IMG/VR virus record: IMGVR_UViG_2703718815_000003
From: a virus
Taxonomy: Duplodnaviria; Heunggongvirae; Uroviricota; Caudoviricetes
DNA: 64,000 nucleotides
Strand: one strand, 5' to 3'
The notes below the pieces were generated by a model. The model ran no database searches. It was not told the origin of the DNA and saw only the letters and a list, made by a program, of their open reading frames with translations. Positions 27,113 to 37,769 of this stretch are shown in pieces (the stretch's first letter is position 1; each line of letters begins with the position of its first letter). Made by a program: the position numbers and the translations under genes.

Positions 27113-28243
27113 TCACACCGCCACTGGAACCTTGATCCACGATAGAGGGTCATAGCCAAGAATTAAAACCTCGTCCCATTTGAAATCATCCAACTCTGAC
27201 CATTCATGAGGGAAAATAACGACCGGATCTGAATGCTCTGGAGCCTGTCGTTTCATTAGCTCACACACACCTTCCATGTGGTTGTTGTACAAATGCACGT
27301 CAAAGCCAAAATGCACAAATGCACCGGCCATGTGACCCGTAATCTTCGCGAGAAAATGAGTGAGAATGCCATAGCCAGCAATATTGAATGGCATACCAAC
27401 AAAAGTGTCTACGCTACGCTGTACGAGGCAGGAGTTGAGGATGCGTTTGGGGATTCCAAGTTCATCCAGTTCAGCTTCAGTAACACTGCCGTCCATCTCC
27501 AGATCGTATAGCATCTTGGTGTAGATAGACTCGTAACCGAGGCGACTGTGTTGAAGACCAATGTCAGTTGCCATCGTTAAACGGGTTTCAAAATCCAGCT
27601 CACGACTCCACAAAGAGAAGACAAAGTGGCAAGGTGGCAGTTTCATATCCTCAAGCTCGCCTACGTTCCATGCGTTAAGCATGATGCGACGATCGGTAGG
27701 GTTCGTGCGCAGTGTATCGACAATACGCTGTAGCTGATCGATTTCACGGGACAGCACTACGCGATCTTCACTGATACCCAGGTATCCCTCGACTTTGTAC
27801 CCGCGTTCACGGAAAGTAGCGATCTTGCTCAGATATTCACTATGGCTCACGATGCGGGTATCTTCCCATCGACGCCACTGCTTACCGTAAACCGGCCCCA
27901 AATCGCCATTCTCATCGGCCCATGCATCCCAAATCTTAACGCCGTTATCCTTGAGAAATTGGATGTTGCCCGTGCCTTTCAGATACCACTCAAGTTCGAC
28001 AAGCAGTGGCTTAAGATTTACCGCCTTTCCAGAAATAAGCGGCACAGTCCCACCAGTAAGCATGTAGTAAGAGGGAACGTAGCAGGTGCTTAAAGTACCA
28101 GTGCCTGTGCGATCATCAGCCTGCACGCCGCTTTTAAGCACCGTCTCAATAACTTTTGCATACGATGCGTTTGTTACCTGACCGTTCGTATGCTCACGAT
28201 TCAAAAGGAGTGACACAAAAACCTCACAAAGATAAGTAACCAC
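27113..28243 (-). CDS. thyA: thymidylate synthase (ThyA family) with two large internal insertions; start uncertain
   Basis: DRTGTGT, WADENGDLGPVYGKQWR, LPPCH, QRSVDTFVGMPFNIAGY (Asn retained), HLYNNH; about 30- and 50-aa inserts vs E. coli ThyA; track start is GTG, alternative GTG about 27 nt downstream. Confidence 0.85.
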   Translation of the reverse strand: MVTYLCEVFVSLLLNREHTNGQVTNASYAKVIETVLKSGVQADDRTGTGTLSTCYVPSYYMLTGGTVPLISGKAVNLKPLLVELEWYLKGTGNIQFLKDNGVKIWDAWADENGDLGPVYGKQWRRWEDTRIVSHSEYLSKIATFRERGYKVEGYLGISEDRVVLSREIDQLQRIVDTLRTNPTDRRIMLNAWNVGELEDMKLPPCHFVFSLWSRELDFETRLTMATDIGLQHSRLGYESIYTKMLYDLEMDGSVTEAELDELGIPKRILNSCLVQRSVDTFVGMPFNIAGYGILTHFLAKITGHMAGAFVHFGFDVHLYNNHMEGVCELMKRQAPEHSDPVVIFPHEWSELDDFKWDEVLILGYDPLSWIKVPVAV

Positions 28244-28248
28244 TTATT
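28230..28248. promoter_or_regulatory. class II palindromic motif
   Basis: gataagtaaccacttatta (near-identical copy near 53456). Confidence 0.45.
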
Positions 28249-28386
28249 AATTACGTGAGTTTACATTTATTGAGAGAACAAGACCAGACAGATAAAAAAA
28301 TGGTGGCCATAGGCCACCAAAACGAATAGTCATTCCAGAGTTTTATTACGCATGTTAAATATACACAGATAGATAACTACCTACAA

Positions 28387-29256
28387 TTATTTTTTGATCA
28401 TTCCGTACATTGCTGAGGCTTTAGCTTGCTCAACAAAGGAGGATAAATCGACATCACTATAGGTTGGAGACTTCAGAATCTTTCCATCGGAAATTCGAAA
28501 ACCGATCATCTTATCGGTGCCATCAGCATGGCGGAATCCCAGATCTGAAGAGTCGTATTTGCAGTTGGCCACAGCCTGGCGACGTTCCTCAACATCAGCA
28601 GGCCATAATTTTGTCATGTTAGACCGATGAATTTCGCCAACCAGCTCGACGACATTGATACCGAGGAAATCAGCCAGTCGATAAGTCATCATGCACGCCA
28701 CATAGATTTTGTTCATTACACGGCGCAGTTCCTGAATCAGCTCAGAATCCTTAACAGTCTTCTTCTCAAGTTTATCTGCCAGCTCTTCGAGCATACATGA
28801 CGCCTCACGAGCTTCCTGAAATGGCATTGCCATATCATCGAAAACAGTGTTACCGGGCACAAAAATTGTCTGCATAAAGCGATCAATGCTCTGTTCCTGC
28901 GTGTAATAGGTCATGCCGGTAGAAATACCACCTTTGATGGAGACCATCGTACCAACACCAACGTATAAAAAGTCGGCCATTGCATCCAGCAGTTGCTCAA
29001 TATCCCCATTCATTGCGGCTGGAATACCTTCCACTACAGCTTCTTCATGAATCAGGCTTGCACGGAGACGAAGCAGCTCTGGTGTCGGCATAACGCGTCT
29101 CGGATGCTGGAAGAGTTCATGAAACTGATCGACCATCTTGTAAATACTTTCAGTGGCTACACCATGGCCTTCATGCAACTCATATGGTTCTGGCTTAAAT
29201 CCAATGAGTCGATCGGTGGCAAGTTTCAGGTGGTCAGTCAGTTTGGTAAAGTTCAT
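28387..29256 (-). CDS. putative all-alpha NTP pyrophosphohydrolase-like protein (MazG/dUTPase-like), tentative
   Basis: Track ORF trimmed to ATG (MNFTKLTD...) with AAGGAAC RBS; 289 aa. Confidence 0.35.
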   Translation of the reverse strand: MNFTKLTDHLKLATDRLIGFKPEPYELHEGHGVATESIYKMVDQFHELFQHPRRVMPTPELLRLRASLIHEEAVVEGIPAAMNGDIEQLLDAMADFLYVGVGTMVSIKGGISTGMTYYTQEQSIDRFMQTIFVPGNTVFDDMAMPFQEAREASCMLEELADKLEKKTVKDSELIQELRRVMNKIYVACMMTYRLADFLGINVVELVGEIHRSNMTKLWPADVEERRQAVANCKYDSSDLGFRHADGTDKMIGFRISDGKILKSPTYSDVDLSSFVEQAKASAMYGMIKK

Positions 29257-29333
29257 GCTAGTTTTGTTCCTTCTTAATTCTTGTGATCCATTGTGGCCCA
29301 GCGTTGCCAGGCCACATAATGCTTTGTATCGGT

Positions 29334-30476
29334 TTACAGGTCTGCAAACTGGCTTAGAGAAGCCTTGTCCACGGTAGAATCGATCTGACCTACCAGATAT
29401 GTGCTTTGCTCTGCCTCTTGTGGTGCAATTTGCAGTGTGTCGGTTAACAACCACTTGTTCATCCAGACCAGCGGATCTGTGGTAACTTCTGGAAATAAAG
29501 CCTTCAGGCCAAGACGATTCATAGCCAGATTGGTGCGGTATTTTACATAGGTCTTCAGAATATCCGCGTTTAAACCAATCATCGAACCGTCTTTGAAGAG
29601 ATAGTCTGCCCAGTTCATTTCTTGTTCGGCGACTGATTTCATGGTGTCGTAAATGACGTTTTCTTCATCAGCAGCAATCTCTTTCCACAATAAACCTTCG
29701 CGACCGGTACGCATGAAGCGGATCATGCGTTCAGTTCCTTCGCAATGCAGAGCTTCATCACGGGCAATAAAGCGCATAATTTTGGTGTTACCCTCAAGCA
29801 ACTTCCGTTCGCCAAAGGCAAACGTACATGCAAAACTTACATAGAAACGGATCGCCTCAAGCGCATTAATGGACACCAACGTGCGGAAAAGCTGACGGTG
29901 CAAAGGGTATGGCTCCCAGCCATATTCATTTACGTACAGACGTTCAAACTCTTTCTCACCTAACGACTGGCGCTCGCAGGTCATCCCATAAAGCCTGTCA
30001 TATTCAGCAGAGATACTGATCGCTCGGTTGATGATTTCTTCATCCGTAACAATACCGTCAAAAACAATGCTCGGATCGTCCACCATGCCACGAATAATGT
30101 GGGTGTAGCTGCGGCTATGGATAGTCTCAGAGAAAGACCATGTTTCAACCCACGTTTCCAGTTCAGGAATAGAGATAAGCGGCAGCAGCGTTGCATTTGG
30201 GCTACGTCCCTGAACTGAATCGAGTAACGTTTGATAACGGAGATTGCTCAGAAAAATGTGACGTTCGTGGTCCCGCAGCTTCGTGTTGAAGTCGATACGA
30301 TCGCTCGAAATATCAACTTCTTCCGGCCGCCAGAAGAAAGACAATTGACGTTCAATCAACTTTTCAAAATCACGGTATTTTTGCTGATCGTAACGTGCCA
30401 CGTTGACAGATTGTCCGAGGAACATAGGCTCTTTGGTTGCATCATTAGCACCCAAACGGAACGTTGAATATGACAT
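29334..30476 (-). CDS. nrdB: ribonucleotide reductase class Ia beta subunit
   Basis: 380 aa; collinear with E. coli NrdB ([20 protein letters not shown]..., C-terminal YLVGQIDS). Confidence 0.95.
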   Translation of the reverse strand: MSYSTFRLGANDATKEPMFLGQSVNVARYDQQKYRDFEKLIERQLSFFWRPEEVDISSDRIDFNTKLRDHERHIFLSNLRYQTLLDSVQGRSPNATLLPLISIPELETWVETWSFSETIHSRSYTHIIRGMVDDPSIVFDGIVTDEEIINRAISISAEYDRLYGMTCERQSLGEKEFERLYVNEYGWEPYPLHRQLFRTLVSINALEAIRFYVSFACTFAFGERKLLEGNTKIMRFIARDEALHCEGTERMIRFMRTGREGLLWKEIAADEENVIYDTMKSVAEQEMNWADYLFKDGSMIGLNADILKTYVKYRTNLAMNRLGLKALFPEVTTDPLVWMNKWLLTDTLQIAPQEAEQSTYLVGQIDSTVDKASLSQFADL

Positions 30477-30507
30477 GTGTTTTTCCTTTTTCTTTTTTGG
30501 TGCGTTT

Positions 30508-30523
30508 AAACAAGTTGTTATCT
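30508..30523 (-). promoter_or_regulatory. class I palindromic motif
   Basis: aaacaagttgttatct between nrdA terminator and nrdB start. Confidence 0.5.
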
Positions 30524-30556
30524 TATGTGTTTAAACAAGGCTTACAAATCAAAGAG

Positions 30557-30582
30557 AAGGTGGGGATATCCCCCACCATATG
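30557..30582 (-). terminator. rho-independent terminator after nrdA
   Basis: ggtgggga ta tcccccacc followed by T-rich run. Confidence 0.55.
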
Positions 30583-32898
30583 TCAGATTTTGCAGGCTCC
30601 GTCGCACTCATCTTCTGGCTCGACGGCTACAGCTTGCGTCAGTGGATTATGCGGTTCGTCGTCATCACGCTTTCCTGCCCCATCTCTGGTGTTGTGGTAG
30701 TAAAGCGTTTTAACTCCCATCTTGTAGGCGAGAAGCAAATCTGACAGTAGCGTCATCATTGGGACTTTATCGCCTTCAAAGCGAGAAGGGTCATAGTTGG
30801 TATTGGCTGAAATAGCCTGGTCAAAGAACTTCTGGATGATCGCCACCTTTGTCAGATAGCCGCGGTTGTCCGGCATATCCCACAGGTATTCATACTGTTC
30901 CTTCAGTTTTTCAAACTCAGGCACGACCATCTTAACGATGCCGTCCTTAGAAGATTTCACCGACACCAGGCCACGAGGCGGTTCGATGCCGTTGGTGGAA
31001 TTAGTGATCTGGCTGGAAGTCTCGCATGGCATTTGTGCCGTCAGTGTGGAGTTGCGAAGGCCGTATTTTGCAATACGTTCACGCAGTTCTTCCCACGGCA
31101 TCTTTAACTCAAAGTTGGTTTCGCCACTTTCGTCTAATGAAGAACGGTAATGGTCGATCGGCAACTGACCAATTGCGTACTTGGTCTGCTCAAACCAGTC
31201 ACACTCACCTTTTGCTTCAGCAAGTCGGCAGCTGGCATCAAGAAGGTAATACTGGATAGCTTCGAACGTTTCATGCACCAGTTTATTGCCAGCGGTATCA
31301 GAATAACGAACGCCATTCTTTGCCAGGTAATAAGCAAAGTTGGTTACACCAATTCCCAAGCTACGACGAGCTTTGGCAGGCACTTCGGCTGCCTCCATCG
31401 GATAGTCTTGATAATCCAGTAACGAATCCAGTGCAGCAACGGCATAGAACGCCACCTCTTTAAGAGACTCCAGTGAACGGATGGCTCCGAGGTTAAAAGC
31501 GGATAAAGTGCATAGCGCGATCTCACCGTTCGGGTCGTCGGTAAATGCCAGTGGACGAGTGGGTAGAGTGATCTCCATGCACAGGTTTGACTGGCGAACA
31601 GGTGCAAGAGCAGGAATGAAAGCGCCATGCTCGTTAATATGATCTACGTTCGCAATATAAATTCGGCCCGTGGACGCTCGTTCCTGCATCAGAGATGAGA
31701 ACAGCTCAATGGCAGGTACTGACTTCTTGCGAATTGAATCATCGGCTTCGTATTTATGGTACAGCTTTTCAAACAGCTCCTGGTCTGTGAAGAAGGCTTC
31801 GTACATATCAGGCACATCATGCGGGCTGAACAGAGTGATGTTCTCGCTTCTGACGAGTCGACGGTACATTAGACGGTTACTCATGACGCCGTAATCAAGA
31901 TGGCGAACGCGGTTTTCATCAATACCACGGTTATTTTTCACCACCAGCAGACTTTCAACTTCAAGATGCCAGATCGGGTAAAACGCTGTTGCTGCGCCAC
32001 CACGAACACCACCTTGCGAACAAGATTTAACAGCCGTCTGGAAATGCTTCAGGAATGGAATAACTCCGGTATGGGTGGCTTCACCATTGCGGATCTCGCT
32101 GCCCAGCGCACGGATACGGCCAAAACCAATACCAATTCCAGCACGACGTGAAACGTAGTCGATAATTGCGGCTGAAGCTGCACTAATCCCTTTCAGACTA
32201 TCGCCAGACTCAATCAGCACACAACTGGAGAACTGACGGGTTGGAGTACGGACGCCGGCCATGATTGGTGTGGGCAGAGACAGTTTGAACGTACTTGTAA
32301 CGTCATAGAAACCTTTGACCATCTCCATACGTGTTTTGCCAGCGCAGTCGTCTTCCCAATTCTGGAACAGACACATGCCTACCAGCATATAGATATGTTG
32401 CGGCCCCTCATGAATCTCACCAGTAACACGGTTTTGAACGAGGTATTTGCTTTGCAACTGCACCGTAGCTGCATAGCCAAAAAGATCGTCACGTTTCGGC
32501 TTAATGTAATTGCCGAGTTCTTCGATCTCTTCAAACGAATAATGTGTCAGCAAATCCTTGTCATAAACGCCCTTGTTAACGTTCTTGACAATGTGTTGGT
32601 AGAAGTTCGGATAGTCGTAACGACCGAAGGCATCTTTGCGGATTTTAAAAATGTTCAGGCGGGCAGCCACCTGTGAGTAATTTGGTGCTTCTGGTGAGAT
32701 CAAATCAGCGGCAGATTTAACCAAAGCCTCATGCAACTGGCTGGTGGTAATCCCATCAAAAATGCTGGCCGCAGCTCCCATTGCTACAGCGGATGCGCTT
32801 ACACCACGAATGCCTTCTACGCCATACATTACGACGCGGTTGTATTTTTCTTCGGATAACGGCTCTGTTTGGCCGTTACGTTTTACGATGCTTATCAT
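30583..32898 (-). CDS. nrdA: ribonucleotide reductase class Ia alpha subunit
   Basis: 771 aa; collinear with E. coli NrdA (VQNRVTGEI, SCVLIE, C-terminal CxxxxC...ACKI). Confidence 0.95.
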   Translation of the reverse strand: MISIVKRNGQTEPLSEEKYNRVVMYGVEGIRGVSASAVAMGAAASIFDGITTSQLHEALVKSAADLISPEAPNYSQVAARLNIFKIRKDAFGRYDYPNFYQHIVKNVNKGVYDKDLLTHYSFEEIEELGNYIKPKRDDLFGYAATVQLQSKYLVQNRVTGEIHEGPQHIYMLVGMCLFQNWEDDCAGKTRMEMVKGFYDVTSTFKLSLPTPIMAGVRTPTRQFSSCVLIESGDSLKGISAASAAIIDYVSRRAGIGIGFGRIRALGSEIRNGEATHTGVIPFLKHFQTAVKSCSQGGVRGGAATAFYPIWHLEVESLLVVKNNRGIDENRVRHLDYGVMSNRLMYRRLVRSENITLFSPHDVPDMYEAFFTDQELFEKLYHKYEADDSIRKKSVPAIELFSSLMQERASTGRIYIANVDHINEHGAFIPALAPVRQSNLCMEITLPTRPLAFTDDPNGEIALCTLSAFNLGAIRSLESLKEVAFYAVAALDSLLDYQDYPMEAAEVPAKARRSLGIGVTNFAYYLAKNGVRYSDTAGNKLVHETFEAIQYYLLDASCRLAEAKGECDWFEQTKYAIGQLPIDHYRSSLDESGETNFELKMPWEELRERIAKYGLRNSTLTAQMPCETSSQITNSTNGIEPPRGLVSVKSSKDGIVKMVVPEFEKLKEQYEYLWDMPDNRGYLTKVAIIQKFFDQAISANTNYDPSRFEGDKVPMMTLLSDLLLAYKMGVKTLYYHNTRDGAGKRDDDEPHNPLTQAVAVEPEDECDGACKI

Positions 32899-32913
32899 GT
32901 ATCACCAAATAAA

Positions 32914-32939
32914 GAGGGCCACTAAATATAGTGGCCCAT
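32914..32939 (-). terminator. hairpin + T-run about 20 nt upstream of nrdA ATG
   Basis: gggccacta tattt agtggccc then TCTTTATTT. Confidence 0.45.
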
Positions 32940-32946
32940 GTTAATA

Positions 32947-32964
32947 GATAAGCACTTACCTATC
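32947..32964. promoter_or_regulatory. class II palindromic motif
   Basis: gataagcacttacctatc. Confidence 0.45.
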
Positions 32965-32971
32965 AATGAAA

Positions 32972-33541
32972 TCAAATGAGAGACTTAAGAACATCGCGCA
33001 CCTGGCGGAACTGATCTGTTTGCATACCGGTATGGATGGCAGCCACCGCATCAGCCAAATGTTCGTTTTTGTTCACGAGAACATCCTGTCCAGATTGCTT
33101 ACGACGCAGCCACGGTGCTTTAGGGTGTTTTTTCGTAGCCCACTGGATAATCTCTTCTTTCGATGTAGTAAGTTTATTGCCGACAAAATGCTTGATTTCG
33201 TTTGGAGTAACCTGGATCAATGGCTTATCCACACACGCAAGTACACCGATACAAATACCGTAAGACGTCTGCGAACGAGAGTTTTGGCTCCCAACCGGTA
33301 GCTCACAAAAAACCATATTTGCCTTATCAATGATTGGCTTCGCAACACGCCATATTTCACTGGCGCGGCGCAGATCGTCACTGTTCACACGAACGGTCTT
33401 TTTGTTACTCCCCGCTTTAGTCTCAACAAGAGTAAGGCCGTGAATCTCAAGTTCGTCCGTCTCAAGGTCTAAAGTGCCCACAGCAAGCCCAAAGTTGCTC
33501 ATTGAGGGATCAACACCAACTACGCTGATTTTTTTACTCAT
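32972..33541 (-). CDS. RuvC-like Holliday junction resolvase, tentative
   Basis: 189 aa; N-terminal VVGVDPSMSNFGLAV; C-terminal HLADAVAAIHTG. Confidence 0.55.
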   Translation of the reverse strand: MSKKISVVGVDPSMSNFGLAVGTLDLETDELEIHGLTLVETKAGSNKKTVRVNSDDLRRASEIWRVAKPIIDKANMVFCELPVGSQNSRSQTSYGICIGVLACVDKPLIQVTPNEIKHFVGNKLTTSKEEIIQWATKKHPKAPWLRRKQSGQDVLVNKNEHLADAVAAIHTGMQTDQFRQVRDVLKSLI

Positions 33542-33550
33542 ATAGTCTCC

Positions 33551-34294
33551 TTACCATGTTCCCCATATAGGGTTTTCCAATAATCTCGCCTCCAACGAAT
33601 TGGCTACTATTGCCGTTTGCAACGTTGGTTGGGGATAGTTTGCAAAGTCTGAATACTCATTTTCCTGCGTGACACGTTTATCTGCGGCATGTTTAACACC
33701 ACTTGCTATGAAATGACGCATGATGCCCAATAGCCTCCGACTGTCTGCACTATCGTTTGCTAAAACATGAGGGAGCTGAAGTTCGATTTCTACCATTTCT
33801 CCATACTTACCAACAAACTGTAGTTTGTCCGCACTGTACTTTTTATCCCTCCTTTGGATAAGGAAACCAGTAAAAGCATCACCTGGCGATGCCAAACTAT
33901 CCACCCGCTTATTGGCAAGTCGAATAAGGTTCGTGAAAGCCATACAGTGATGCGCACCCATTCCCCCAAAGACCCCTTCGCTATTAATGTTAAGATCTTC
34001 AGTTTCATGGGATGCAATAAACCCAGGCCCGACGTTGGGAAGATATCCCCCCTCAACAAAAGGATTAATCAGGATCGGCGCAATACATCCAGGTGGTAGT
34101 GATTTCAAACTTTGCATCAATGGCGTCTCGGATATTAGACCAAGCAACGCGGCGAATTGTACTCCGTCAATATTGTTGCTGCCCCACAGAATACGTGGAG
34201 CCGCACCATTGGAAGTATGCCCATTGATCAGTTTTATCGACTGCATCACTGCAAATACCTGCAAAAACTGCGAGCGGCTTAATTTAAACGACAT
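33551..34294 (-). CDS. hypothetical protein (247 aa)
   Basis: Track ORF. Confidence 0.5.
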   Translation of the reverse strand: MSFKLSRSQFLQVFAVMQSIKLINGHTSNGAAPRILWGSNNIDGVQFAALLGLISETPLMQSLKSLPPGCIAPILINPFVEGGYLPNVGPGFIASHETEDLNINSEGVFGGMGAHHCMAFTNLIRLANKRVDSLASPGDAFTGFLIQRRDKKYSADKLQFVGKYGEMVEIELQLPHVLANDSADSRRLLGIMRHFIASGVKHAADKRVTQENEYSDFANYPQPTLQTAIVANSLEARLLENPIWGTW

Positions 34295-36200
34295 AGCTGC
34301 GCCCCTCTTTAACTTCCAGCGTAATAGTTTCCCGGAACCATGACTTCATCTCTTTATGGGAGATAATCAGCACAGTACCTCGCTCGCGAGCTTTGGACTC
34401 CAGAATACCCATGAGGCGTTCAAGACCGGCTGTATCGAGTGCATCGTCAATTTCGTCGCCGATAAACAAATCGATGTTTTTACTCGCCCGGTTACTAACC
34501 AGATCCTGCAATGCCAAAGAACACGCAATGCGAACCTTCCGCTTCTCACCACCAGAGAGGGTCTGGAACGACTTACTTGAACCTTTCTTCTGCACACTAA
34601 TGTTGAATTTGTCGCGATACTCACCTTTTTTAGTGACATCCATCGTCGACCACTCAGCAGTAATATTCCCGTCAGACAACGTATTGAGATACTCGGCAGT
34701 GCGTGTATTCAGGAAAGGCGTAACAGACGTCAAAATATGAGAACGCACCCCGGCAGGAGAGTAGACCTGACGAGCTTTTTCCAATAGCAACGTTTGTTCC
34801 TGAATAGCCTTCAACTCATCTTTTAAGGACTTGAAGGTAGACTTACTGGATACCAAGTTATCTTCGTGTCTGGCGATAAGAGCAATAAACGGATTAATCT
34901 CTTTTGATATACGATCGACCTCAGTACGAGCACGAGTCACAAGAGACTCAATAGCAACAACCTCCTTCTCACGATGACGCAAAGATGAGAGTTGTTTCGT
35001 AAGCTCTTCAATCCGGGCAATGATAGCCGTTACATCAGGTGTCGTTTTAACAAGGGCAGACTCAATGCTTAACGCTTTCTCAAGATTCGTTTTGTGTTTA
35101 GCCATTGCCTCTGCAAGTGTCTTCGCCTGACCAATTTCCTGACGTGCTTGTTCAATGAAATTCTCCTTCACCGTTGATAGATCTTCTTCGCAGTAGGCTT
35201 TGCCACAAGTAGGGCATGGTGATCCTACTTTAGTACCAACCTCTTCTGCTTTGGTCTTAAAATTGCGCGCGCGGCTCATTGCATCAGCCTGACTATTTTC
35301 TGTAGCTTTGATGCTTGCCCGAATATCAGTTATCGCACCACGAACTTTGAGCAACTTGGCGTCATGTTCTTCTTTTGAGGCTAACTTTTTGCGCTCACTT
35401 TCGATTGCCTTCTCGGTATCACGTATCTGTTCGGGAAGAGTGCGGATCTCAAGTTCAACTTCCGTTAACTCAACTTCGGCACTGGCCAGCCCAGCCAGGG
35501 CATCGTCATAACGTTTAGAACGCTCTTGCTCCCATGATTCAGAGGAGGCTTTCGCTGACTCAATTTCTGACTGTGTTGCCTCAATGGTCGAGATTGTCGA
35601 CTCCAATTTGGTTTTAACCACATCCATACGTGCGGCAGCTGCATTAGCTCGCTCACGAGCAATAGCGTAGGCGCGTGTCAGTCTGTCAACGCCAGCGGCT
35701 TCTTCTACGATGGTTTTGAGGTTTTTGTCGGACATTCCAGGTAAATCTGGCATAGCTTCTTGGCTCGCATAGATGGAAGCCATGAAAACCTCTTTAGATG
35801 CACCGATCAGACGCTCGACGAACTCCTGCGTCAGCGCATCTTTGCCTTTCGTCATATCGCCATCTTCACCACGAACGATAAGACGATTTTTGAACTCTTT
35901 GTGTTTACGGTGACGAATGATTGCGTATCTCTTGCCTTCATCCTCGATGGTTACTGCAACACGACAGTTCTTTTCATGGTCGGTAGACAACACATCGTCA
36001 CCCTTCACACCATGAGCTGTTTCGCCATAAAGACACCACATCAGGCTATTCATTAGAGTTGACTTTCCAGAGCCATTACTTGATGCGGAACTATCATCAC
36101 TATTAACACCCTGAATAAGCACTAAACCACGCTGATCTAACTCGACCTCCGCGCTGGCGATAGCCATAAAATTCTCAACCTGGAGCTTTAAAAACTTCAT
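34284..36200 (-). CDS. SbcC/Rad50-like ATPase
   Basis: 638 aa; Walker A GSGKST; zinc hook CPTCG; long coiled coil; ABC signature LSGGEKRKV; Walker B GDEIDDALD. Confidence 0.8.
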   Translation of the reverse strand: MKFLKLQVENFMAIASAEVELDQRGLVLIQGVNSDDSSASSNGSGKSTLMNSLMWCLYGETAHGVKGDDVLSTDHEKNCRVAVTIEDEGKRYAIIRHRKHKEFKNRLIVRGEDGDMTKGKDALTQEFVERLIGASKEVFMASIYASQEAMPDLPGMSDKNLKTIVEEAAGVDRLTRAYAIARERANAAAARMDVVKTKLESTISTIEATQSEIESAKASSESWEQERSKRYDDALAGLASAEVELTEVELEIRTLPEQIRDTEKAIESERKKLASKEEHDAKLLKVRGAITDIRASIKATENSQADAMSRARNFKTKAEEVGTKVGSPCPTCGKAYCEEDLSTVKENFIEQARQEIGQAKTLAEAMAKHKTNLEKALSIESALVKTTPDVTAIIARIEELTKQLSSLRHREKEVVAIESLVTRARTEVDRISKEINPFIALIARHEDNLVSSKSTFKSLKDELKAIQEQTLLLEKARQVYSPAGVRSHILTSVTPFLNTRTAEYLNTLSDGNITAEWSTMDVTKKGEYRDKFNISVQKKGSSKSFQTLSGGEKRKVRIACSLALQDLVSNRASKNIDLFIGDEIDDALDTAGLERLMGILESKARERGTVLIISHKEMKSWFRETITLEVKEGRSYVV

Positions 36201-36429
36201 ATAACACCTCTGATACCGTGTGTTAGCTTTTGGCCTTCTTTCAATCTGAACTCCGTATGCGCCGGGAAGGATCTGCGCCTCAATACGCCTTTTCTTGTTA
36301 ACCTTCCAAGATAAAACGCTACGGGATTTCCTTGTGGCGGGTAGGGCTTGTGAAACATCACCGTCTGGCCTCGTTCAAGTCTTTTCATCGTGATGGCAAA
36401 GTCTCGAAAGCTCCCATAACGACTTTGCT

Positions 36430-37515
36430 TCACACAGCCTCCGAACTCTCCGCTTCGGTGAGGATTTCCTGACACAAAATATCCAATTTGCTCAGATCAA
36501 ATCCGCCGTCAGTATCGTGGACAATCTTGCAATAAGCAGATACCGACTCTCCCAGGCTATCGATTTTGCTGGTTTCAGTTGTGCTGGCTGTCCCTTCCAT
36601 CATTGATGACTTACGGATGAAGTTGCACACGACACCTTTTGCACCCATTGTTTTGAGGATGTTCTGGTACTTAATGCCTTCTTCATCGTTCTCAATTACG
36701 GCGCGGAAACGCACGTAGTTGCCGCGAATTTGGTCATCAGCAACATCATCTTCCAGGTTAATGAATTTAGGCGCACTGGTTTCGTAGTGACTGAAACTGC
36801 CGTCCGGGTTTACGATCATGTAGCCAGCCAGAGATCCAACATCTCCCCAATTTTGATGAGTCAGTGCACCGACACTGATAACTCCAGGAATGACCTCTTT
36901 GTGGTTGTGGTAATGCCCACTAAGCACGAGACGAAAGCCGATATCCTTTAACTCCTGCGCATCGATACCGACGTCAGGCATTGTTGGAATGGCTTTGTTA
37001 ATGGATGTATGGATAACAACGTCATGATTATCACCTTCTACGCTCTTACGTAATGCTTTCAGATCGCTGATAAGCTCCGCATGATTGTTACGCCAGCTAA
37101 TCAGGTGGACAGTCACATCACCAATTTTTATTGAGTGTGGGCGCTTGCCACATACGATTACCACGCCGATAGAACTCAGCGATGCTGCTGCGTTGGCGCT
37201 ATATACTGAATCGTTGGTTTCAAGATCGTGATTACCGGCCAGCATTACTACTGTCAGATCAAGCTCGTTGATAATCCACTTGTACGTTTCAGTTACGTAA
37301 TGCAAAACAGAAGGGGACACAGTTCCTCGGACGTGAAATGTATCACCGGCAACCAACATGTACTTACAACCGGCCTTCTTCATGGCGATGGCTGCTTCTT
37401 TCGTTGCTTCCAACTGTATTTCAAGTCTGGAGTTAAGCCCCTCAGCGTTCGTCGTGGAGAACGCATCCCATTTGTGGTAGTGGCAGTCAGAAATGACGCC
37501 GTATGGCAAAGTCAT
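36430..37515 (-). CDS. SbcD/Mre11-like nuclease
   Basis: 361 aa; calcineurin-like motifs (SDCHYH, VAGDTFH, AGNHD). Confidence 0.8.
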   Translation of the reverse strand: MTLPYGVISDCHYHKWDAFSTTNAEGLNSRLEIQLEATKEAAIAMKKAGCKYMLVAGDTFHVRGTVSPSVLHYVTETYKWIINELDLTVVMLAGNHDLETNDSVYSANAAASLSSIGVVIVCGKRPHSIKIGDVTVHLISWRNNHAELISDLKALRKSVEGDNHDVVIHTSINKAIPTMPDVGIDAQELKDIGFRLVLSGHYHNHKEVIPGVISVGALTHQNWGDVGSLAGYMIVNPDGSFSHYETSAPKFINLEDDVADDQIRGNYVRFRAVIENDEEGIKYQNILKTMGAKGVVCNFIRKSSMMEGTASTTETSKIDSLGESVSAYCKIVHDTDGGFDLSKLDILCQEILTEAESSEAV

Positions 37516-37627
37516 GTATTTTTCCTTTGTGGTTATTTTGATACAAATTCTAAGAGCAATGAGGAGGTAAACAACTATGCATAACGGTATGTTAGGAATG
37601 AAACGAGCGCCTTAATATACAAAATTT

Positions 37628-37647
37628 ATAAGTAAGTATATACCTAT
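37628..37647. promoter_or_regulatory. class II palindromic motif
   Basis: ataagtaagtatatacctat. Confidence 0.45.
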
Positions 37648-37769
37648 TTATCGTGGCGCAACTTTGCTTGTCTGTATGACTAAAAATAAGACAGGATCAC
37701 TGTAGAACGCTATGAGAGCTATTTTGAGGGGACGTAGATTCTATCTACGCCAATATACGATCTGGAGGG

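Noticed and set aside
27113-28243. Thymidylate synthase homologue as a dCMP/dUMP hydroxymethylase
   Set aside because: The dUMP-specifying Asn is retained and a DHFR gene is adjacent, which only makes sense for a DHF-producing TS reaction; hydroxymethylase not excluded biochemically.
36197-36475. 92-aa basic ORF between SbcD-like and SbcC-like genes
   Set aside because: No RBS, Arg/Gly-rich low complexity, overlaps both neighbours' ends; a short real gene cannot be excluded.
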